From: an uncultured euryarchaeote
GTDB lineage: Archaea; Thermoplasmatota; Poseidoniia; Poseidoniales; Poseidoniaceae
Assembly (NCBI GenBank): GCA_937899865.1
Contig: CALBRH010000040.1
Coordinates: 1-20,907 of the forward strand
Direction: 5' to 3'
DNA: 20,907 bases
Shown: positions 7,869 to 16,518 of the stretch, in pieces
Numbering within the stretch: the stretch's first letter is position 1
Layout: each line of letters starts with the position of its first letter
The notes under the pieces: generated by a model
The model's database searches: none
Told to the model about the DNA's origin: nothing
What the model saw: only the letters and a program-made list of their open reading frames with translations
Translations under genes and position numbers: made by a program

Positions 7869-9347
7869 TCAATCAAGAAACCCTAATTGTTGATCTAAAG
7901 TTTCCAATGCATCACTCAACTCAGGTAATGATTCTGGTGCTTCCATTGTACTAATGTGCAACTTTTTCATACTTGTTTTTGGCATTTCGCCGTCACCTGA
8001 TAACCAATCAATCCATTCTTGAGATGACCCATCGCTCCTTACATCCATCAATTTCCATAATGGAGTTAAATCGCATCCATGTTCATGCAAATCTGTAATT
8101 CGTGAACTAAACTGCTCAGATGAAACTTCAGCCATTTTTATCAACAACTCTCGCATTCTAGTTCGGACTACCTCGTCTCCATCTTGCCACATTACTGGTA
8201 ATAATTTCTTAGTATCATTTGGGAATGTTTCAAAATAGTCTCGTAGTGAAGGTACTAGATTTCTACGAACAATTGGTAACTCATGTTTACTCAACTCAAC
8301 TAAGTTGTTAGCCCACATTTCAGTGTCAATAAATCTCAAATCCGAAGATGTAGTACTTATTGCGGCTAAAACATCTGGATCTTCATCGTTCTTTAATTGC
8401 TCATAGAATGGAAGTGCATCCTCTGCTAATCTTCTAAATAAACGCGTTAAAACATCTGCCATTGCACGGCGAACCATTAGGTCATTTCTAGCCATCAAAA
8501 GTTTGGCCAATTCATGACCTGTTTCTCTATCATAATCTATCGCTTTTGCTAAACACTTGGTAATTTGTACCGCCACTTGAGTATCATCATCAGAACTCAA
8601 TCGTGTTAGAATTTCAAACAATCCTAACGGTTCGATTAATTCAGATCTTTCCATCAATAATCTAATCCATTCAATTAGTAATCTTCGCCTATCTACATGG
8701 CTAATTTCCAATTGATGCAACATCCATTTAGCGGCCTTTATTCCAAACTCATGAGCAACAACTCCGGTCATCCTAAGTACAATCGCATCAGGATTCCAGT
8801 CAAGATTTTGAGGGCCTGCCTCCGGCTGCGTATGCCAAGTTCCTGGTTTTTCACCTATAGCAATCGATTCGAGTAAATGATAGCCTTGATGGATTGGTTG
8901 TCCCAATGGCCCGACTGCCAAGCCATTGAGCAATGCAATGCTTAACCACCATCGAGTACTATCAGGTGCTTGAGGGTCGAGTGCTCTTGCAAGCCAGTCA
9001 TTATTTATGGAGAATACCAATCGCTCAGCGACCATATTCGTACGCTTTGCAATCCACTTTTTGTGAACCTCATATGGGTCATCAGTCAAATTCATTCGAT
9101 GAGGGACTACTAATTCTACTACGGTGTTTAATTTATGTTCAAACATTCCTCGGTCGACATTTAGTAAACCAAGACCTTGTTCAATTAATTCCTGAGCAGA
9201 TATCGGTTCAATAACTGGGAAATCTAAATCTCTAATTGGTGGTTGAGGTAATGGCCAAGATTGTGTTCCTCGCTCCAATGCCTCTACTAACAAAGTTGCC
9301 ACTTTTTCAAAAACAATCTGAGAAATCTCAGATCGGCTCTTACTCAT
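7869..9347 (-). CDS. HEAT/ARM-repeat-containing hypothetical protein
   Basis: About 492 aa. The C-terminal half has recurring HEAT-like units (DDDTQVAVQ, RNDLMVRRAMA, DEDPDVLAA, HELPIVRRNL, DGDEVVRTRM). ATG 9347 preferred over TTG 9356. Confidence 0.75.
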   Translation of the reverse strand: MSKSRSEISQIVFEKVATLLVEALERGTQSWPLPQPPIRDLDFPVIEPISAQELIEQGLGLLNVDRGMFEHKLNTVVELVVPHRMNLTDDPYEVHKKWIAKRTNMVAERLVFSINNDWLARALDPQAPDSTRWWLSIALLNGLAVGPLGQPIHQGYHLLESIAIGEKPGTWHTQPEAGPQNLDWNPDAIVLRMTGVVAHEFGIKAAKWMLHQLEISHVDRRRLLIEWIRLLMERSELIEPLGLFEILTRLSSDDDTQVAVQITKCLAKAIDYDRETGHELAKLLMARNDLMVRRAMADVLTRLFRRLAEDALPFYEQLKNDEDPDVLAAISTTSSDLRFIDTEMWANNLVELSKHELPIVRRNLVPSLRDYFETFPNDTKKLLPVMWQDGDEVVRTRMRELLIKMAEVSSEQFSSRITDLHEHGCDLTPLWKLMDVRSDGSSQEWIDWLSGDGEMPKTSMKKLHISTMEAPESLPELSDALETLDQQLGFLD

Positions 9348-9371
9348 TATGATCAACCAATGAGTTTAGTT

Positions 9372-10298
9372 TTAGATATCAAGTTCAATATTCAAATTTT
9401 GAATAAGTTCCTTGTATCTATTCCTAATAGTAACCTCAGTTACTCCAGCAACTTCAGCAACTTCTCTCTGCGTTCTTCTCTTGCCACAAAGCACCGAAGC
9501 GATGTAAATTATTGATGCTGCAATTCCTGTTGGACCTCTTCCACTGGTTAATTCCTTTTCTTGGGCTGCCTTGATTAATTCGTAAGCCTTTGCTTCTACC
9601 TCAGCATCTAATCCCAATCCAGAACAGAATCTGGAAATGTAATCTTCAGGGCCGGTTGGCATGATTTTCATCTTTAGCTCTCTTACCATAAATCGGTAAG
9701 TTCTACCAATCTCTTTTCTTCCAGTACGAGATGCTTGTCCGATTTCGTCAAGAGTTCTTGGAACACCACATTGACGGCAGGCTGCATACAATGAAGCCGC
9801 AGCAACACCTTCAATCGAACGACCTCTGATCAATCGCTTGTCTACTGCTTTCTTGTAATTTACAGCTGCAGCTTCACGAACTGATTTTGGTAGTTCCAAT
9901 CGACTTGCCATCCTATCAAGTTCAGCAAGCGCCATAGCGAGATTTCTTTCGGTAGCATTCGAAACACGGCTTCGCTTCTGCCACTTTCTCATTCGATAGA
10001 ATTGTGAACGGTATCGGGAATTGATTGTCTTTCCAGAATAATCCTTATTCTGCCAATCGATATCTGTTGAAAGACCTTTATCGTGTAGCATAACTGTCAT
10101 AGGTGCTCCGGTTCTTGCTCTTTGGTCGCCTTGCTCTGGTGAGAAAACTCGCCATTCTGCTCCTTGGTCAATTACATTATCCTCTAATACTAAACCGCAG
10201 TCATCACAAACCACTTCGCCTCGAGTTTCATCTCGAGTAAGGTTTCTACTTCCACAATCATTACACTTTACAATATCTTCAACTTGTTGTTCATCCAT
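9372..10298 (-). CDS. tfb: Transcription initiation factor IIB
   Basis: Zn ribbon CNDC..CDDC, B-reader GAEWRVF, HDKGLST, two cyclin repeats, and C-terminal [16 protein letters not shown]. Confidence 0.98.
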   Translation of the reverse strand: MDEQQVEDIVKCNDCGSRNLTRDETRGEVVCDDCGLVLEDNVIDQGAEWRVFSPEQGDQRARTGAPMTVMLHDKGLSTDIDWQNKDYSGKTINSRYRSQFYRMRKWQKRSRVSNATERNLAMALAELDRMASRLELPKSVREAAAVNYKKAVDKRLIRGRSIEGVAAASLYAACRQCGVPRTLDEIGQASRTGRKEIGRTYRFMVRELKMKIMPTGPEDYISRFCSGLGLDAEVEAKAYELIKAAQEKELTSGRGPTGIAASIIYIASVLCGKRRTQREVAEVAGVTEVTIRNRYKELIQNLNIELDI

Positions 10299-10312
10299 TT
10301 ATTATTCCCCCT

Positions 10313-10329
10313 CCCTATGAAAAATAGGG
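10313..10329 (-). promoter_or_regulatory. Hairpin in the tfb leader abutting the SD
   Basis: The minus strand reads CCCUAU-UUUUC-AUAGGG, then AGGGGG-AAUAAUAA-AUG. Confidence 0.45.
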
Positions 10330-10462
10330 CAACACTCTTAACCCCTTATGCGAGGTTATATGAATCTTGTGCCATGTTTTAAGAATTTATTCTTGGAGAA
10401 ATTTGGTACTGGCAACGTATTTTTTTACTTCCCATGATATAGTTTATGAAAAATCAAGGTCA

Positions 10463-12490
10463 ATGGTTATACGCACAACAAGCCTGCCCGAAACGATTGC
10501 AATGGGTGTTGACGGGGGGGAGCGGAAAATCGGCTTAACACCTAACAAGCGAGTTTTATTCTTGACCAAAAACTTAGATCTTATCAAACAGCAGTTATAT
10601 GATGGGTTAAATCTTCAAATGAAAGACATCAATCCTGAGGATTTATTGGATGATATCAATACAGATGTTATGACTCCAGCCTGGGTTTGTTTTGACCATG
10701 AACCGGCAGAGATTGCCAAAAATGCTTATGCGGGTTTGAAACATAATGGTCTAAGAGTATTCAATGAAAATGCACTAATCAACGGAAATTTTGAAGTCAT
10801 AGTTTCCGGACAAAGAAAAGGCACAGGCTCTAGTAGAGAAACAGCAGCACAATGTGAAAGATGGGCAGGTATACGCATTGTAATTGCAGCATCATTTGCT
10901 CCGATTCACGAAAGAAATAATATCAATCTTGGCCAATTAATGGGTGATTACAATATGCTAGAGAGGTTACAAAATGGTGAACAATTACCATTATCTGAGT
11001 TTACTGAAAAATATGATGACGTGACAAAAATTATTATTGAAAAAGGCGGTTTGTTCCCGTTTGCTAAAGCTCTAAAATCTGGCGAAATTACTCTACCTGC
11101 CATTAATACTCAGGCAAAACCTATGACTATGGCAGAGAAAATTATTGCAAGAAATTTGGTTGGACAAGAGTCTGGACAATGCGTAAAACCAGGAGACCCG
11201 GTCATCACTCAAGTTCAAGGAGGCTATTCTCATGAATTTACCACTGCTCAAGTTCATACTTTCTTATCAAATGAATATGGACAGGATTACCAACTACCTA
11301 ACCCAAGCAAGTTTGCTGTATTCGAAGACCACTTGCTATATGCTCATCACAATCCAAAATTTGTTCCTTTCATGGATAAAGTGCAAATCCTACGTGACTT
11401 ACAAAAAGCATTCCAACAGCATACTGAAGTGAGAGATTACTCTGCAGTAAATGGTGTATCGCCAGGAATTTGCCATCAAGTAGCACGTGAAGAATTTATT
11501 GAAATCGGTGATTTTGTTCAAGCTACGGACTCACATACCTGTATGGGTGGCGCCTCAAATGCTCTAACATGGGGTGTAGGTGCTACAGAATACTCCAATC
11601 TAATCAGTGCCGGATTTACCTTCGTAAAAGTCCCAGAATCGATACGATTTGAATTAATAGGAGACTTAAATCCAGGTTGTACTGCAAAAGATGTGATTTT
11701 ATTCATATTAGCAGACCATGCTCGAAAAGAATTAACTCTGAATCGCTCGATGGAATTTGGCGGCCCTGGACTTACCAGTTTATCTGTTGATGAGAGAGCG
11801 ACACTATGTAATATGGCAACGGAATGCTCGGCTCGGACTGGTATTTGTGAACCTGATGAAGCGTTGTATTCTTGGATGAAAAATGCTATGCCTAATCTAT
11901 CACTTGAAAAAATGAAGAAAGATTCTGTAATTCCTGATGAAGGTGCGCATTATGATGGAGGGGTGCATCATATCAATTTAGCCGATATCAAGCCAATGGT
12001 TGCTCATCCAGGAGATCCTGACCAAGGAGTCCCTAGCGACCCTACTAATGGAGCATTAATCACCGAAATTGGTGATGTTACTATCGATATCGCATATGGT
12101 GGCTCCTGCACTGCTGGTAAAGAAGATGATATTTCTTATTATGCTCAAGTATGCCAAGCAGCAGATGATGCTGGTTTGACTGTTGCTGAAGGAGTTGAAT
12201 TCTATATTCAATATGGTTCTGGATTAGTCAAAGACTTAGCTGTTAGGAATGGTTGGCACGAATTATTCGCCAAGGTAGGAGTGAAATTGATTGACCCTGG
12301 ATGTGGTGCATGTATTGGAGCAGGTCCTGGCGTCTCAGTCAATGCCGAACAAGTTACTGTTTCTGCAATAAATCGAAATTTCCAAGGCCGTTCTGGACCT
12401 GGAAAACTGTACTTAGCCAGCCCGTTAACGGTTGCCGCCTCCGCATTCACTGGAAAGATTTCTTCCTGGCAAAGTAATCTCTTTGAATGA
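10463..12490 (+). CDS. Aconitase/isopropylmalate-dehydratase family protein, single chain with the swivel (LeuD-like) domain N-terminal to the LeuC-like Fe-S domains
   Basis: N-terminal DINTD and GTGSSRE (swivel domain). C-terminal EDH, GICHQ, ATDSHT, GGSC, PGCGACIG, NRNFQGRSG and LASP. Start ATG 10463 (alternative 10502); TTG/GTG-type 10367 is unlikely. Confidence 0.88.
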   Translation: MVIRTTSLPETIAMGVDGGERKIGLTPNKRVLFLTKNLDLIKQQLYDGLNLQMKDINPEDLLDDINTDVMTPAWVCFDHEPAEIAKNAYAGLKHNGLRVFNENALINGNFEVIVSGQRKGTGSSRETAAQCERWAGIRIVIAASFAPIHERNNINLGQLMGDYNMLERLQNGEQLPLSEFTEKYDDVTKIIIEKGGLFPFAKALKSGEITLPAINTQAKPMTMAEKIIARNLVGQESGQCVKPGDPVITQVQGGYSHEFTTAQVHTFLSNEYGQDYQLPNPSKFAVFEDHLLYAHHNPKFVPFMDKVQILRDLQKAFQQHTEVRDYSAVNGVSPGICHQVAREEFIEIGDFVQATDSHTCMGGASNALTWGVGATEYSNLISAGFTFVKVPESIRFELIGDLNPGCTAKDVILFILADHARKELTLNRSMEFGGPGLTSLSVDERATLCNMATECSARTGICEPDEALYSWMKNAMPNLSLEKMKKDSVIPDEGAHYDGGVHHINLADIKPMVAHPGDPDQGVPSDPTNGALITEIGDVTIDIAYGGSCTAGKEDDISYYAQVCQAADDAGLTVAEGVEFYIQYGSGLVKDLAVRNGWHELFAKVGVKLIDPGCGACIGAGPGVSVNAEQVTVSAINRNFQGRSGPGKLYLASPLTVAASAFTGKISSWQSNLFE

Positions 12491-13185
12491 TAATTATGAG
12501 AAAGCGTACTGGACTAATTGCTGCGATTATTGTTGTTTTAGGCATTGCCTTAACGATTAGTTTGACTCAAGTAATGATTAATCTATTTGCTGATTATCTA
12601 AACTGGTTTATCGACAACAAATCCTTTGGAATTGCTATATTCCTGTCACTATATATCGTGTTTGGCATTGTTGCTATTCCCGCTAGTTTTCACAAATATC
12701 TTGCAGGCGTGATTTACGGTTTTGGACCTGGTATAATCATCGCTTGGATAGGTTCTATGCTTGGTGCAATAGCGCCTTTCTTCTTAGGTAAAAAATGGAT
12801 GAACCCCTATGCAAGAAAGGCTCTTGAAGACTATCCAAGTTTGAAAGGTTTAGAAGATGAAATTACTAAGCAAGGTCAAAAAGTAGTTGCCCTTACTAGA
12901 GTAAGTTTAGTCATACCATATGGTGTTTTAAATTATGCTTATGGTGCTACTAAAGTTAAATTTAGAGATTTTTTCATCGGTAACTTTGCTATGATTGTAC
13001 CAGCGATAATCTATGCTTGGTGGGGCTCTCAAACTATAGTGACAAGCAATGGAATTGAAACTACGGCAAAAACTCCATTTGATTTTGTTATCATTTTAAT
13101 TTCAATAATCATCACAATCGCTCTAATTGTAAAAGGTAAACGAATCATGGAAGATCTTGAACGAAATGTTGAAGCAACTCAATAA
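12487..13185 (+). CDS. TVP38/TMEM64 (VTT domain, DedA superfamily) membrane protein
   Basis: AIPASF..LAGVIYGF, GSMLGA, LTRVSLVIPYGVLNYAYG. ATGA overlap with the aconitase stop. Confidence 0.88.
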   Translation: MIIMRKRTGLIAAIIVVLGIALTISLTQVMINLFADYLNWFIDNKSFGIAIFLSLYIVFGIVAIPASFHKYLAGVIYGFGPGIIIAWIGSMLGAIAPFFLGKKWMNPYARKALEDYPSLKGLEDEITKQGQKVVALTRVSLVIPYGVLNYAYGATKVKFRDFFIGNFAMIVPAIIYAWWGSQTIVTSNGIETTAKTPFDFVIILISIIITIALIVKGKRIMEDLERNVEATQ

Positions 13186-13201
13186 TCGAGCCTCATTACT
13201 G

Positions 13202-13208
13202 TTTTTTT
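13202..13208 (+). terminator. Putative oligo-T terminator
   Basis: T7 tract 16 nt after the VTT gene stop. Archaeal intrinsic terminators are U-rich tracts. Confidence 0.4.
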
Positions 13209-13246
13209 GTGTTAGTTATTATGTACCGTCGGTAATCGAAATGGAG

Positions 13247-13290
13247 TGTTGCTGGCCCGAGGTCATTCGGACCGAGGAGGACCAGAGACG
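13247..13290 (+). promoter_or_regulatory. Structured 5' leader of top6B containing a kink-turn
   Basis: GGUC/GACC stem, GAG bulge, tandem G.A/A.G pairs, then GG/CC and CCAG/CUGG. SD GGAGUGA at 13290-13296. Confidence 0.6.
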
Positions 13291-13301
13291 GAGTGACAAA
13301 G

Positions 13302-15380
13302 ATGTCTGGTATAGCACAAAAATTAGCATCGAAACAAAAACAAGTAGCAATTTCAGAATTTTTTGAGAAAAATAAACACTTTTTAGGATTTGATTCTCCA
13401 GTAAGGTCATTGATTACCGCGGTCAAAGAAGCGGTTGACAATGCCCTTGATGCATGTGAAGAAGCTCGTATTCTGCCTTCAATCAAAGTTAAAGTTACCA
13501 AGATAGATACGAAAAAGGACATCATCGAACTAGTTGTTGAAGACAACGGTCCTGGAATTCCTCAGAAAAGTATTGAGAAGGTTTTCGGACAACTATTGTT
13601 TGGATCAAGATTCCATGCTATTAGACAATCCCGTGGACAACAAGGTATCGGTATTACTGGGGTAGTAATGTATAGTCAATTAACTACTGGAAAACCCACT
13701 CATGTCAGGTCAAAAATCGCAACCGAATCGACTGCTGCTGTAGTTGATATTGGTCTTGATACTAGGAAAAATAAAGCAACAAAAAGCAATTCAGGTCGAG
13801 AAATTTGGGAACTTGAAGATGGCGAGATGAAAAAACACGGCTTAGAAGTCACCACTAGAATGAAAGCAAAATATCAGAAAGGTAGGCAAAGCGTATGGCA
13901 ATATTTGCGGATGACTAGTATTGTCAATCCTCATGCAGAAATCACATTTACCGACCCTGAAGGTGAAGTTCATCACTGGCCAAGAGTCACTGAACGCCTA
14001 CCAGGTAAAGTCGAATCAATAAAGCCGCATCCACACGGCATTGAATTAGGGCAATTGCAAAGAATGCTGACTGAATCTACTGATTCGCGCTTGTCTGTTT
14101 TTCTTAGAACTAACTTTTCTGGAGTCTCTACTAGGGCTGCAAAAGAATTGTGTGCTGCTGCAGAATTAGAAGTAAAGATCAAACCAAAGCAAATGTCGCC
14201 TGACCAAGTACGCGCCTTACTCGAAGCCTTTCAAGGAGAGAGAATGTTCCAAGGCAAACCAGTCAAATTACTGAACCCTCCAACTAATTGTCTATCTCCA
14301 ATCGAAGAGATGTTAATCAAAAAGGGTCTATCAAAAACTATTGACTCGAGGTATGCTACAACGATGACTAGAGCTCCTAATGTCTCTCAAGGTAATCCAT
14401 ATCAAGTTGAAGTTGGCTTGATTTTTGGAGGCGATATGGCATCTGATAAGTCTGTTGAAGTTTTACGCTTTGCCAATCGCGTTCCTTTGATGTATCAACA
14501 AGGTGGTTGTTTGTTAACCAAGGCTATCGAATCTGTTGATTGGCGTCAATATGGACTTGATCAAGCAGGTGGAAAAGGTGTACCAAAAGGTCCTGCTGCG
14601 ATCTTAGTACATCTAGCGAGCACTAATGTTCAATTTACTTCTGAGGCAAAAGAAGCATTGGCAGATAATGGGGAAGTTTTGGAAGAAGTCAGAAAAGCTA
14701 TGTTGGAAATGGGTAGAGGCCTAAGAAAACACTTAGAAAAGAAAAAGAAAATGGCTAAAACAAAAGAGAAGTTTGAATTAATTAACGATATTTTGCCAGC
14801 AATTGCTAAAAAATCTGCACAGATTTTAGATAAACCCGTTCCTAATCTTGCAGGCTCAATAACCAAAATTATGTCCGCTGTTATTTGTGAAAGCGATACA
14901 GAATGGAATAAGGAATCTAAATCTGTTGATGTATCAATAAAGATCTACAATTATACTGCAAGAGCAAGAGCATATACAATACTTGCAACTTGGCCGGAGA
15001 AGTCTGGTGGAGTTATGAAAAACAATCAATATGGTGGCAGAAAAGAAGCGACTGGAGTCTGGGCTTGGAAATTAGATACCTTACAGCCTGGAGAAAACAT
15101 AACAATCACATTCAGCCTTGATGGTTTAGAAAAAGGCGATTGGACTGAAACCGATGTATTCTATCGAGGAAGTCAAGAAATAATTGGTGCAATGAAAATG
15201 GATGAGAAATATCTTGAAGAAATTCGTAACCAAGAGAAGATTTTGAATGAGCTAAATTCATCTACTCAGGTTGAAAGTTTCGAAAATTCCGAAGAAGCAT
15301 CAAAAGAGGATGAACCTACACCAGAACCTGCGGTTAAACCGCCTTCTGGCCAATCAACTCTATTTGGAGGTGAACAATGA
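13302..15380 (+). CDS. top6B: DNA topoisomerase VI subunit B
   Basis: GHKL motifs (EAVDNALDA, EDNGPG, GQQGIG), H2TH, transducer RFANRVPL, and a C-terminal extra domain. ATG 13302 follows SD GGAGTGA. Confidence 0.97.
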   Translation: MSGIAQKLASKQKQVAISEFFEKNKHFLGFDSPVRSLITAVKEAVDNALDACEEARILPSIKVKVTKIDTKKDIIELVVEDNGPGIPQKSIEKVFGQLLFGSRFHAIRQSRGQQGIGITGVVMYSQLTTGKPTHVRSKIATESTAAVVDIGLDTRKNKATKSNSGREIWELEDGEMKKHGLEVTTRMKAKYQKGRQSVWQYLRMTSIVNPHAEITFTDPEGEVHHWPRVTERLPGKVESIKPHPHGIELGQLQRMLTESTDSRLSVFLRTNFSGVSTRAAKELCAAAELEVKIKPKQMSPDQVRALLEAFQGERMFQGKPVKLLNPPTNCLSPIEEMLIKKGLSKTIDSRYATTMTRAPNVSQGNPYQVEVGLIFGGDMASDKSVEVLRFANRVPLMYQQGGCLLTKAIESVDWRQYGLDQAGGKGVPKGPAAILVHLASTNVQFTSEAKEALADNGEVLEEVRKAMLEMGRGLRKHLEKKKKMAKTKEKFELINDILPAIAKKSAQILDKPVPNLAGSITKIMSAVICESDTEWNKESKSVDVSIKIYNYTARARAYTILATWPEKSGGVMKNNQYGGRKEATGVWAWKLDTLQPGENITITFSLDGLEKGDWTETDVFYRGSQEIIGAMKMDEKYLEEIRNQEKILNELNSSTQVESFENSEEASKEDEPTPEPAVKPPSGQSTLFGGEQ

Positions 15381-16477
15381 TGGCTGGAAGGATGAGTGCT
15401 GAAGAAACAAAATCGGCAATGCAATCTGTCGTTTCAGAAATGTATGAAAAAATTGTCAAAGGTGAGCCGCCAACGATGACACTACCGGTTAGAACAAAAA
15501 ATAATATTGGGTTTGACAGGAAGCTTGGTGTTTACAAGTATGGAAAAAACAAATCAATTCGTGATGCTACAAGTTTGGGTTCAGCAAAACAATTGTTACG
15601 AGCATTATACATAATTGAATTCATTGAAGATATGATTGACTCTGGTAAATCATCGACTTTAAGAGAAATGTATTACATATCAGAAAGTTGGGGTCTTGGT
15701 AAATTTGGTAGCCAAAATGAATCAAACAATCTAGCTGAAGATTTGGAAATAGTAACTAAATGTTTACGTGAAGATTTCAAATTAAGACCTGAAGAAGATG
15801 GAGCAAGAATCATTGGCAATCTAACTTTGCAGGAGAGAAATCGACGTGGAGAATGGATGAGAATCAATGCAAGAGATGATGTTGGTGATTCTGGTTATGG
15901 TGTTCCATATAATGTTGAAATGGAAAAAATTGAATTCTTAGAACATGATATTAATTTCCTAATGGCAATTGAAACTGGTGGAATGTTTGACAGATTGGTT
16001 GAAAATGGCTTTGATGAAGATTACAAATGTGGCCTGTTGCATCTAAAGGGACAGCCTGCTCGTTCTACTAGAAGAATCATCAAGCGAATGAGTGAAGAAT
16101 GGGATTTGCCAGTTGTAGTATTCCTTGACGGCGATCCATGGTCATTCAGAATTTTTGCTTCTATTGCTTATGGTGCAATCAAGACTGCACATATTTCCGA
16201 ATACTTGGCAACTCCGAGTGCAACCTATCTCGGAATAACTTCAGACGATATCTTAGCTTATGATTTACCTAGTGATGATTTATCCAAGAAGGATGTTGAA
16301 GCATTAAATGCAGAGTTATCCGACCCAAGATTTGCTGATTCATGGTGGCAAGACCAAATCAATATGATGCTTGAATTAGGTAAGAAGGCTGAGCAGCAAT
16401 CTTTAGCAAAGTATGGTTTGGATTTCGTAACCGATACATACTTGCCAGAAAAACTAGCAGAACTTGGTCTTGCATAA
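15377..16477 (+). CDS. top6A: DNA topoisomerase VI subunit A
   Basis: TLREMYY (catalytic Tyr), TOPRIM AIETGG and DGDP, KAEQQ. ATGA overlap, SD GGAGGTGA at 15366-15373. Confidence 0.97.
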   Translation: MMAGRMSAEETKSAMQSVVSEMYEKIVKGEPPTMTLPVRTKNNIGFDRKLGVYKYGKNKSIRDATSLGSAKQLLRALYIIEFIEDMIDSGKSSTLREMYYISESWGLGKFGSQNESNNLAEDLEIVTKCLREDFKLRPEEDGARIIGNLTLQERNRRGEWMRINARDDVGDSGYGVPYNVEMEKIEFLEHDINFLMAIETGGMFDRLVENGFDEDYKCGLLHLKGQPARSTRRIIKRMSEEWDLPVVVFLDGDPWSFRIFASIAYGAIKTAHISEYLATPSATYLGITSDDILAYDLPSDDLSKKDVEALNAELSDPRFADSWWQDQINMMLELGKKAEQQSLAKYGLDFVTDTYLPEKLAELGLA

Positions 16478-16518
16478 TCGTACAAGCATTCATGGAGGAC
16501 TTCGACAGAGGATTGACT

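Noticed and set aside
10367-10462. 32-aa N-terminal extension of the aconitase ORF
   Set aside because: It runs through the AT-rich divergent promoter region and does not look like protein.
13196-13546. Antisense ORFs opposite top6B and others (e.g. 4852, 5628, 7502, 8933, 12208, 14630, 16258, 16707, 19134, 19974)
   Set aside because: Typical antisense shadows of coding regions, with no SD or motif support.
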